DNA of 52,336 nt, taken from contig CAZFDH010000001.1 in the NCBI GenBank assembly GCA_964518155.1, positions 1-52,336 on the forward strand, read 5' to 3'. This DNA is from Candidatus Woesearchaeota archaeon. GTDB taxonomy: Archaea > Nanobdellota > Nanobdellia > Pacearchaeales > GW2011-AR1. Positions 1-7,524 of this stretch are shown here, piece by piece. The notes beneath the pieces were generated by a model. That model saw nothing but the letters and a program-made list of their open reading frames with translations. It had not been told where the DNA came from and did not search any database. Numbering within the stretch: the first letter of the stretch is position 1; every line of letters begins with the position of its first letter. Position numbers and translations under genes: made by a program.

Positions 1-170
1 GCCATCACTGCCTTGAATCTTCCTCCTTTTCGTAAATCATTTTCTGCACTTGGACATTTCCAGTCATCCGACGCAAAATTCCATTTTGTTATGTGCTCGG
101 GCTGAACCCAAAATCTCCAAACTTTTTCTACTGGAGCATTTACTTCAGTTCCAATAATTATTTTCGTCAT
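1..170 (-). CDS. SRPBCC / AHSA1-like domain protein, N-terminal part only (runs off the window)
   Basis: My own reverse-strand translation from the ATG at 170-168 gives MTKIIIGTEVNAPVEKVWRFWVQPEHITKWNFASDDWKCPSAENDLRKGGRFKAVM... This is a typical N-terminus of SRPBCC/AHSA1-family proteins. It is absent from the ORF track because the window edge truncates it. Confidence 0.7.
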   Translation of the reverse strand, partial: MTKIIIGTEVNAPVEKVWRFWVQPEHITKWNFASDDWKCPSAENDLRKGGRFKAVM

Positions 171-221
171 AAAATGAGAGGGAAAAAATAATTTAAAAAA
201 CTATGCAGCAAATTTTACAAT

Positions 222-473
222 TTATCGATGAGAACATCCCATCCAACAACACGGCCTTCTCTTTCCGTTTAGAAGATCTTCATATACACGTTCTACGTGT
301 TGTTTTCTTGTTTCTTCTTTCTTAACTGAAATCGTCCAGCAAATCCACTCGTTACGAGCAAGAGGAGTAAGATTATTCCATCTTTCAAGCACTTTTGGAT
401 TCGAAGACAAAATCTTCCGCAAATCAGAAGGAACTTTGTGTGCAACGCCTTCAAAAATCTTTTCTTTTGCCAT
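222..473 (-). CDS. YdeI/OmpD-associated family small protein
   Basis: 83 aa. It carries LTPLARNEWICW...KKEETRKQHVERVYEDL..GKRRPCCWMGCSHR, the characteristic C-terminal signature of the YdeI/OmdA family. Confidence 0.7.
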   Translation of the reverse strand: MAKEKIFEGVAHKVPSDLRKILSSNPKVLERWNNLTPLARNEWICWTISVKKEETRKQHVERVYEDLLNGKRRPCCWMGCSHR

Positions 474-545
474 TTTATTAAATAGAATGCAGAATTAATA
501 AATGTTTATTGAAAAAGAATTTAAAGAGACAAACTATTTCCCGCT

Positions 546-944
546 ATGATAATCTTGATTAAAGATCCCGGCTCTGTACGAAGCACTCAAACAAACCTTC
601 AATGTTATAGAAATATTTACAGAAACGCTTCTACAAGGTTGAGTAACATCGATAGAACAATTGAAGTGCTTGATGTAAGATTACCTCTAGTAAGCTCAAA
701 TCCATTACCTCCAGGAGATTACAGAGTTATAGAAGGACACACCCGGTTTTATGAAGCTACAAAAAGAGGAGTGGGGATTGAAGCAGAATTAATTAACTCC
801 GAAACTGATATACTTAAATGTCCTAAAGAATGCTTTGCCCAACTTTCCATCGAATCATGTGTAAGTATATTTTTGAATCTCAATTTCTATCAGATGAAAG
901 CTCAAGAAGAAGGAGTTATTTTTATTAGAGATTTGTTGTCTTAG
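546..944 (+). CDS. hypothetical protein with a weak ParB/Srx-like nuclease-fold motif
   Basis: 132-aa ORF with a TATA-like AATTTAAAGA about 25 nt upstream. YRVIEGHTRFYEATKRG resembles the ParB-like (D/E)GHHR..A motif. The resemblance is by eye only. Confidence 0.4.
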   Translation: MIILIKDPGSVRSTQTNLQCYRNIYRNASTRLSNIDRTIEVLDVRLPLVSSNPLPPGDYRVIEGHTRFYEATKRGVGIEAELINSETDILKCPKECFAQLSIESCVSIFLNLNFYQMKAQEEGVIFIRDLLS

Positions 945-988
945 TTTAAAGTCTTAATGATCTCTACCAGAATCAAACTGCGGTATCA

Positions 989-1059
989 TGGCCCATGGAG
1001 GAATCGGACCTCCGCCTCATCGGTGTAAACGATGTGTTCTACCATTAGACTAATGGGCC
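989..1059 (-). tRNA. tRNA-Val (anticodon UAC)
   Basis: 71-nt cloverleaf folded by hand. Acceptor is GGCCCAT/ATGGGCC, the anticodon arm is CATCG-TTTACAC-CGATG, the T arm is GGAGG-TCCGATT-CCTCC and the discriminator is A. There is no encoded CCA and one C-A mismatch in the D stem. Confidence 0.85.
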
Positions 1060-1080
1060 ATAAAAATATATCTCTAGATT

Positions 1081-1090
1081 GGTTAAAAAA
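1081..1090 (-). promoter_or_regulatory. TATA-like box for tRNA-Val
   Basis: The reverse strand reads TTTTTTAACC, centred about 27 nt upstream of tRNA nucleotide +1. Confidence 0.4.
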
Positions 1091-1094
1091 CTTT

Positions 1095-1382
1095 CTATCC
1101 GCTAAAGTATTCTTCAATTCTAGAATAAATCTCTCGACCGGATTCGTCGCACAGTCTCACTTCACCTTCGACCTGGCCATTCTCGCTAACTCGCGCAACA
1201 ACTGCTAGATCATTTCCCACATACACGTCAAAAGAATTCATAACAAATCTATCTTTAACCCGTCCATCTTCAACAACTTCCAAATGAGGAGGAATTAACA
1301 TCCTAACTTGTCGAAAATGGTGATCTCTCCCCCCTTTCAAAATAAATTTTTTCTTTTCCAGCGGATTCAGATATCTTTCCAT
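1095..1382 (-). CDS. hypothetical protein
   Basis: 95-aa ORF with a TATA-like ATATTTTAAAGC about 27 nt upstream on the reverse strand. I recognise no family. Confidence 0.5.
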   Translation of the reverse strand: MERYLNPLEKKKFILKGGRDHHFRQVRMLIPPHLEVVEDGRVKDRFVMNSFDVYVGNDLAVVARVSENGQVEGEVRLCDESGREIYSRIEEYFSG

Positions 1383-1456
1383 ATTTCTACCTCACTTTAG
1401 CGCTTTAAAATATTTCTATTAGTAACATTTATAAGTGACGATCCTTATTTTTCACT

Positions 1457-3262
1457 ATGGCAAACGACAAAAATGATTCTGTCGAAAACATTCCGGAAAT
1501 GAAAATTGATAACAAGTATTCTGAGAAAAAACCGATCTTGCCGGAGAACAACAGCGAAATGCAGAAAGAAATGGACAAGACGAAAAAGGAACTTGAAAAG
1601 TTAAAAAATTTCATCGTTAAAAAATATCCTTTCACACAATCAATAAGCATCTTGCCTCAGCAATCAATAAAATTCTTTATCGAAGAAGAGGAAGTCCCAA
1701 AACAAACTGAAACTCATTTGCAGCTTTACATGATTATTCCCGAAGACAACTTAAAAGAAATTCCAAAAATAAAAGAAGAAGTAATAAAAGAAATCGAAAA
1801 AACGAAACAAAAAGTATGGCTTCAAATTAAAACTCCAGTCGACTTATGGGAACTTTGCCTTGACAGTAAATTTGATCTTGTTTCTTCAATTGCATTGTCT
1901 TTCCCGATTCACGACACTGGGCTTTTATCTTCATTACGACTTGCAGAAATTCATAAATCTCTTGTCTTGAACAAATTTGACAAATACATTGTTTCATATG
2001 TTATCGGAGGAAGTTTAGTTCGTGGAGACGCAACAACAACATCTGACGTCGACGTTTTCATTGTAATTAACGACACAGACGTTAAAAAAATGCCGCGTTT
2101 GGAACTAAAAGAAAGATTAAGAAGTATTATCAATCAATACATCGGTGAAGCAACTGCTTTGGCCGGAGCGAAAAAAAACCTGCTTAACGTTCAAGTTTAT
2201 TTGTTAACTGACTTCTGGGAATCGGTTAAAGATGCTCATCCGGTAATGTTTACTTTTATTCGTGACGGAATTCCAATCTACGATCGTGGAACATTCTTGC
2301 CTTGGAAAGCATTGCTGAAAATGGGAAGACTTAAACCTTCACCTGAAGCAATTGATATGTTTATGTCAATGGGTGATAAAACAGTCAAGCGGGCAAAACT
2401 TGCATTGTTAGATATTTTAGTTCATGATATTTACTGGGGTGTTGTAACTCCAACTCAAGCATTGTTGATGCTTCACGGCCTTCCTCCTCCAGCTCCAAAA
2501 CAAATTGTAGAAGACGTAAAGAAAGCATTCTTAGAAAAAGAAAAAATGCTTGAGAAGAAATACGTCGACATTTTAGAAAAAGTAGTTAAGCTCTACAAAG
2601 ACTACGAGCACGAGAAATTAAAAGAAATTGAAGGCGCTGAAATTGACAAGTTAATCAAAGACACAGAAGATTATTTGAAGCGGCTCGTTGAACTAAGGGA
2701 GCAAATTGAAAAACGTGCGCAGGAAAAAACAATTGAGCAAATCCACAAGGATGTTTTCGAGCTTTTGAAAGGAATTTTCGGAAATCACTCTCAGGAAAAA
2801 CTAATTCAGTCATTCGAGAAAGATCTTGTTAAAACCAGTAAGTTTACTCACCAGCATTTGAGAATTCTGGAAAATATTGTTTCTGCAAGAGCGGAATTCA
2901 AGAAGGGAAAATCAAACGCACATAAAGTTGACGAAGCCAGAAAGAACGCTTCAATTTTGATAAATGATTTAATTGATTACACTCAAAGAAAAGAAATTAT
3001 GAATCTGGAAAAAGGCAGAATGAGAATAAAATATCAAATTGCCGGAAAAGATCAATATGCCGAACTGCTTTCAACTAACGATGCTTCGTTCTTATTCATA
3101 GGAAGTGTCATCAAAAAGTTAACAACTAAAATCGAAAAAAGCACAATGGAAGAAGTTACAAAACATATTGAAAAACAAAAGAATCAATCTCAACTTAATG
3201 TTAATCCTAAAATTTTCGAACTCTTAGGTGAGGAGCTGGGAGATTACGAATTAACTATTTAA
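1457..3262 (+). CDS. large nucleotidyltransferase (Pol-beta superfamily) domain protein with a helical C-terminal region
   Basis: 601 aa. The minimal NTase motif is GGSLVRGDATTTSDVDVFIVIND. It is a paralogue of the 6641-7486 product over the NTase and following helical domain. A TATA-like CATTTATAAG lies about 25 nt upstream. Confidence 0.75.
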   Translation: MANDKNDSVENIPEMKIDNKYSEKKPILPENNSEMQKEMDKTKKELEKLKNFIVKKYPFTQSISILPQQSIKFFIEEEEVPKQTETHLQLYMIIPEDNLKEIPKIKEEVIKEIEKTKQKVWLQIKTPVDLWELCLDSKFDLVSSIALSFPIHDTGLLSSLRLAEIHKSLVLNKFDKYIVSYVIGGSLVRGDATTTSDVDVFIVINDTDVKKMPRLELKERLRSIINQYIGEATALAGAKKNLLNVQVYLLTDFWESVKDAHPVMFTFIRDGIPIYDRGTFLPWKALLKMGRLKPSPEAIDMFMSMGDKTVKRAKLALLDILVHDIYWGVVTPTQALLMLHGLPPPAPKQIVEDVKKAFLEKEKMLEKKYVDILEKVVKLYKDYEHEKLKEIEGAEIDKLIKDTEDYLKRLVELREQIEKRAQEKTIEQIHKDVFELLKGIFGNHSQEKLIQSFEKDLVKTSKFTHQHLRILENIVSARAEFKKGKSNAHKVDEARKNASILINDLIDYTQRKEIMNLEKGRMRIKYQIAGKDQYAELLSTNDASFLFIGSVIKKLTTKIEKSTMEEVTKHIEKQKNQSQLNVNPKIFELLGEELGDYELTI

Positions 3263-3284
3263 AGATTCGAGGCTTTAATTCTAT

Positions 3285-4409
3285 ATGAAATATTTATTTA
3301 TCTTGGGGAGAAATCCTGAACTTTCCGTCGCTGAGATACTTTCATATCTGGAAAAAATTGGAAATAAAGTCGTAGACTTCTCAGTTGTAAATAACGGGAT
3401 GCTTCTGGAAGTTCGTCAAAAGATAAATCCTCTGCTCGTCAAAAATTTAGGCGGAACAATTTCAATAGGAGAAATAATTTCAAAAGGAAAATCTGAAGGA
3501 ATACTTAACGAGCTTGAAAAAAAAGAACTTTACAGCGGAACAAAAAATAATTTTAATTACTGTGTCTGGGATTTTGGAGAAAATGAATTCTACGACGAGA
3601 TAGTTGAATATTTAAAACAAAGGTTCCGTTCTGAAAAATTAAAGCCAACTTTAAAAAATTTAACCGGTTCACTGGATTTGCAATCAGGAGAAAGAGTTTT
3701 CATCTCAGGTTCTGACTTGATTGATATAGAATTCTTCGTGTTCTCCGACGAGAATGAAGACTATTTTGGAAAAATAATTTCAAAAACAAATTTTAAAGAA
3801 ATAGAAAAGCGCGACATTGAAAAGCCAGTAAGAAGAGAAGCACTTGCAATTTCTCCGCGCCTTGCGAAGATAATGATTAATCTTTCTCTAGTAGAGGAAA
3901 ACGAAATTCTCGTCGATCCTTTTTGCGGAATTGGAGTCGTTTTACAGGAAGCGCTTTTGCAGGACATAAAAGTAATCGGAATAGACAAAGATAAAACCGC
4001 AATTGAAGGCGCAGCGCAAAACTTGAAGTGGGCAAAATTTAATCCTAAAAGTTACACACTAATAAATAATGATTCCTCAAAAGTTTCAATTCCAAAAGCA
4101 AACGTCATCGTTTCCGAGCCCGACCTGGGACAAATATTAAAAAAAATGCCTACAAAAGAAAGAGCAAAAGACATCTTAAATTACTACGAAAATTTAATTA
4201 TAAAAGTTATAAATAATCTAAAAGGAAAAATCTCTGGCCGGATAGTTCTCACCGCTCCATTTATTTTAGTTAATAAAAACGAAAGAATCGGCGCTGACTT
4301 TGTAAAAATCGCTGAAAAAACTCAGTTTACAATAAACGAATATTTCCCAATCGCCGACTATAGAAAGAATCAAATCGTCGGAAGGCAAATTATTGTGCTC
4401 CAGAAATAA
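3285..4409 (+). CDS. putative tRNA (guanine-N2)-methyltransferase, Trm11/Trm-G10-like (COG1041-type)
   Basis: 374 aa. The N-terminus LGRNPELSVAEILSYLE is typical of Trm11-type proteins. The SAM-binding motif is VDPFCGIGVVLQEA and the catalytic-type motif is SEPDLG (a D/N-PP-Y/F variant). Confidence 0.6.
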   Translation: MKYLFILGRNPELSVAEILSYLEKIGNKVVDFSVVNNGMLLEVRQKINPLLVKNLGGTISIGEIISKGKSEGILNELEKKELYSGTKNNFNYCVWDFGENEFYDEIVEYLKQRFRSEKLKPTLKNLTGSLDLQSGERVFISGSDLIDIEFFVFSDENEDYFGKIISKTNFKEIEKRDIEKPVRREALAISPRLAKIMINLSLVEENEILVDPFCGIGVVLQEALLQDIKVIGIDKDKTAIEGAAQNLKWAKFNPKSYTLINNDSSKVSIPKANVIVSEPDLGQILKKMPTKERAKDILNYYENLIIKVINNLKGKISGRIVLTAPFILVNKNERIGADFVKIAEKTQFTINEYFPIADYRKNQIVGRQIIVLQK

Positions 4410-4447
4410 TCCAATAATTATTAAAACTCTTTAGAAATATTTAATTT

Positions 4448-4882
4448 ATGACTAAAGATTACTCTAAATTTAGACTGAAGGAATTTGATCATTGGGAATT
4501 ATATTTACACCAAACCCAATTTCCTTTTTTAGGAAGATGCTATGCTTGGGCAACAAGAGATCAGGCGAATTTTTTGACAGATATGAATTCAGATGAGAGA
4601 AATGAATTATTTGGGTTAATTATTCCAACTTGGAAAAAGGCAATACTTCAATTAATTGGGTCATCATTTTCTAGAGAGAACCTGGCAATATTAGGAAACG
4701 ATGCTCATCATTTACATGCACATTTAATTCCAAGATTTAACGGCTCAATTCAAAAGTATGGGATAACCTTTGAAGATCAAAATCCAACCGGAAATTATTC
4801 TCCCTACCCTAAAAAAGATCTTTCACAGGAGATACTATTCTCAATTAGAGGTGATCTAATTTCTTTACTTAATTCTCAGTAA
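4448..4882 (+). CDS. HIT-family hydrolase-like protein
   Basis: 144 aa with a histidine-triad-like motif, AHHLHAHLIPR. Confidence 0.6.
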   Translation: MTKDYSKFRLKEFDHWELYLHQTQFPFLGRCYAWATRDQANFLTDMNSDERNELFGLIIPTWKKAILQLIGSSFSRENLAILGNDAHHLHAHLIPRFNGSIQKYGITFEDQNPTGNYSPYPKKDLSQEILFSIRGDLISLLNSQ

Positions 4883-4923
4883 CCTTTTTAAACTAACTTT
4901 CTTCTTTACTAAAATAGTAATTA

Positions 4924-5190
4924 ATGATTAAAATGAAAGGAAAAGTTGTTCAATTCAGGCGTGGAAAAAACACAATTCACGAAAGGCATTTTTTAATAGA
5001 GATAGATGGATCTAAATCCCGATCTGATGCTCAAAAACTCGTCGGCAAAGACGTTGAGTGGAAGTCGCCTGCAGGAAAAATAATCAAAGGTAAAATTTCT
5101 GGAGCACATGGAAACAAAGGTGCAGTAAGGGCAATCTTCGAGAAAGGCCTTCCAGGACAATCAATTTCTACCGATGTGGAGGTAAAATAA
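4924..5190 (+). CDS. rpl35ae: 50S ribosomal protein eL33 (L35Ae)
   Basis: 88 aa. GKVVQFRRGKNTIHERHFLIEIDG...KLVGKDVEWKSPAGKIIKGKISGAHGNKGAVRAIFEKGLPGQ is a typical L35Ae sequence. Confidence 0.9.
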   Translation: MIKMKGKVVQFRRGKNTIHERHFLIEIDGSKSRSDAQKLVGKDVEWKSPAGKIIKGKISGAHGNKGAVRAIFEKGLPGQSISTDVEVK

Positions 5191-5191
5191 G

Positions 5192-5479
5192 ATGACAGGA
5201 TCAAAACAAGGTCATAGAAGATTTACAACTAGCAGATTGTTAAGAAAATTAGTTGGAACCCATGTTAATGTTCTAGGTTTTAAAAAAGGAGAAGTAGTTG
5301 ATATTGGTCGCGGAATTTTAGAGTATAGGAAACAATTTGGTTCTGAAAATGCAGGTTATTTTTTAGCAGGAATACAAATTCCAGTGAGATCAGTAGAAGT
5401 ATATGAATTCGGTCCATATAATCTCGGTGTTAAAAATGATTATACAAAAAAACCCCAAGTGGGAAGGGGTGTAGCATAA
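5192..5479 (+). CDS. hypothetical small protein embedded in a ribosomal-protein operon
   Basis: 95 aa, with single-nucleotide gaps to both flanking ribosomal protein genes. There is only weak by-eye resemblance to small beta-barrel RNP proteins (VEVYEFGPYNLGVK is Gar1-like; LVGTHVNVLG is Sm/Rpp29-like). Confidence 0.55.
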   Translation: MTGSKQGHRRFTTSRLLRKLVGTHVNVLGFKKGEVVDIGRGILEYRKQFGSENAGYFLAGIQIPVRSVEVYEFGPYNLGVKNDYTKKPQVGRGVA

Positions 5480-5480
5480 A

Positions 5481-6017
5481 ATGGGATTAAGAAAAGCTAG
5501 TGCATATTCAAAGAAAACTGTGGTACCTTTCACAAGAATTTCTAAAAGAAAGAATAAGGCTTACATAAAGACTGTTCCTCCTCAAAAAATCGTAAAATTC
5601 ACAATGGGTAATGAAAAGCTCGTTACTGAGAAAAAACTGCCCCACATTCTAAAGGTAGTTTCTACAGAAGACGTCCAAATAAGGCACAACGCATTGGAAG
5701 CATGCAGACAGTTCTTGAATAAAAAACTAGACAAATCTCTTAACGGACAATATGTCTTCAAAGTAGTTCCTTTCCCTCACCACGTTCAAAGAGAGAATAA
5801 AATGTTGACTGGTGCTGGTGCAGATAGAATGCAGACAGGAATGCAGCTTTCCTTCGGGAAATCGATGGGTAAAGCGGCAATCGTCAAACAAGGCGACGAG
5901 GTTTTCATATTCCATCTTCCTAATCCGAAAGCAGTTCAAACTCTTAGAGTAGCAATAAAACAAGTAAAATCAAAGCTTCCTGGGAAAATAAGAGTCGATT
6001 ACCAAGAAATGAAGTAA
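5481..6017 (+). CDS. rpl10e: 50S ribosomal protein uL16 (L10e)
   Basis: 178 aa. The N-terminus MGLRKASAYSKK...FTRISKRKNKAYIKTVPPQKIVKFTMGN and the central ...GAGADRMQTGM... are typical of archaeal L10e. Confidence 0.9.
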   Translation: MGLRKASAYSKKTVVPFTRISKRKNKAYIKTVPPQKIVKFTMGNEKLVTEKKLPHILKVVSTEDVQIRHNALEACRQFLNKKLDKSLNGQYVFKVVPFPHHVQRENKMLTGAGADRMQTGMQLSFGKSMGKAAIVKQGDEVFIFHLPNPKAVQTLRVAIKQVKSKLPGKIRVDYQEMK

Positions 6018-6082
6018 TTTTGTTACACTAAGTAGTGACAACAAAACCCAAAGCTTTATATATTCTGAAATTATCTATTTTT

Positions 6083-6640
6083 ATGGCAAACACTGATGAA
6101 ATGAAAAAATTCCAGTACGGTGGACTAGCTGGAAGATTCTTATCTGAAAAAGATTTAGCAGGAGCTAAGGGATCTTTAGAGGGTCTAGCGAAAGATTTAG
6201 GATTCGGTCCAGAACTACAAGGATTTATTGAAGGTACATTTGCATCAGAAAAGGGAATAGAAAAAGCAGTAGGAACTTATATGGCTAAATACCAAGAATT
6301 TAAGGGAAAGTCAACTGTAAAAGAGTTAGGGACTTATTATGATCAATTAATTGACGAATATCTAGAAAGTAAAAGCCCTGAAGCTAAAGCAGAACTAGAT
6401 CAATATCAAACAGAAGCATATGGCGATATATTAAGGAAAGTAACACAAGCTCAAGAAAAAATAAAATCTAAAACTGGAAACTTCTCACAACAAGATAAAG
6501 ATGACGCACAAAAGGTTTTAGATAAGTATAACAAAGTTGTGGCTATTCTTGAAACAATGGAAGAAGTAACCTTTGATAAACTCGCAACAGGAGTTACTAA
6601 GAATGTTAGAAAGAAAGAATTACAAAGTTTATTCCCTTAA
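6083..6640 (+). CDS. hypothetical protein
   Basis: The ORF track starts at a GTG at 6035. I prefer the ATG at 6083 (MANTDEMKK...) because CTTTATATATT sits about 25 nt upstream of it. I recognise no family. Confidence 0.5.
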   Translation: MANTDEMKKFQYGGLAGRFLSEKDLAGAKGSLEGLAKDLGFGPELQGFIEGTFASEKGIEKAVGTYMAKYQEFKGKSTVKELGTYYDQLIDEYLESKSPEAKAELDQYQTEAYGDILRKVTQAQEKIKSKTGNFSQQDKDDAQKVLDKYNKVVAILETMEEVTFDKLATGVTKNVRKKELQSLFP

Positions 6641-7486
6641 TCACTGAACAATCTCTTTAACTATTCTTACCATCGTCGATAAAAAATCTTCAGTTCTTGC
6701 TTGCCATACGTCAATCTCAGCGCCTTTAAGATCTCTTATCTCGCCCTGCATTATTTTTTTATGTAAAACGTGTAACTCATTATACCAACCTACGTATTTT
6801 GAATCAAGTTTTTTGCTGTCGACAAACACTTCTTTCAAATCAACCGAGACATGTTCTGGCGAAGGTGGAACAACTCTTGCGGCAATCAATGCAGCATGCG
6901 CAGCATCAACCATACACCAATACAAACCTTCAATTGCACCAAGTTCTGAAGCTTTGCTCCTAGCTAAATGCGTCGGTGCTCGTTCAAGTAAACTATAAAT
7001 TGATTCCGGAGTAGATTTTATTTTACCAGTCAAAAGCAAATATTTTTGCGGCTCAAAAAATCCAGCCATGTCAATCATTGCTTCACCATAACGTAAAACA
7101 TTAATTACAATCGGATCTCCTCTCATTAAGTCCTGCCACCATGTGCTTAACTTAACCGTATTAATATGCAATTCTTTTGAGTAAGGATTTGCTTTTATCA
7201 CTTTCTCAAGTTCTTCTCTATACCAAGCAATTAGTTCTTGATCCCATCTGATTGAAACATCGTCGATAATTATTATAATATCTATATCAGAACCAGCAAC
7301 TGCAGTTTTCTTCGCACTTGAACCAAAAAGAATTACTGATTTTATTATCTTATCAAATTTCTTGTAAGCTTTAGTTGCAAAATCTAGCGCAATGTCATGC
7401 TCGTTGCTAAGTTTTAATGTTGGAATTTGTTTCAAATCCTTTTTCTTAGATTTCTTTTTCACACTCTTTTCTTTTGCCATTCTCAC
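6641..7486 (-). CDS. nucleotidyltransferase domain protein with a HEPN-like helical C-terminal domain
   Basis: 281 aa. The NTase motif is FGSSAKKTAVAGSDIDIIIIIDD. The downstream blocks GDPIVINVLRYGEAMID and PPSPEHV...GAEID are colinear with AHPVMFTFIRDGIPIYD and PPAPKQI...GAEID in the 1457-3262 product. Confidence 0.7.
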   Translation of the reverse strand: MRMAKEKSVKKKSKKKDLKQIPTLKLSNEHDIALDFATKAYKKFDKIIKSVILFGSSAKKTAVAGSDIDIIIIIDDVSIRWDQELIAWYREELEKVIKANPYSKELHINTVKLSTWWQDLMRGDPIVINVLRYGEAMIDMAGFFEPQKYLLLTGKIKSTPESIYSLLERAPTHLARSKASELGAIEGLYWCMVDAAHAALIAARVVPPSPEHVSVDLKEVFVDSKKLDSKYVGWYNELHVLHKKIMQGEIRDLKGAEIDVWQARTEDFLSTMVRIVKEIVQ

Positions 7487-7524
7487 ACTCTTTTATTTAA
7501 TAATCATTTTTAGTTTTTAAATAT

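Noticed and set aside
1429-1650. 73-aa reverse-strand ORF overlapping the start of the large NTase gene
   Set aside because: Its translation is hydrophobic and low in complexity, and it lies antisense to a well-supported CDS and its promoter region. It is likely spurious.
6035-6082. The GTG-initiated N-terminal extension of the 6035-6640 ORF
   Set aside because: The extension is hydrophobic and low in complexity, and it contains the TATA-like box CTTTATATATT, which is correctly spaced for the ATG at 6083. I therefore annotate the shorter CDS. Similar trimming of TTG or GTG starts was applied at 9993, 16679, 16680, 20416, 22645, 44273, 44687 and 45087.
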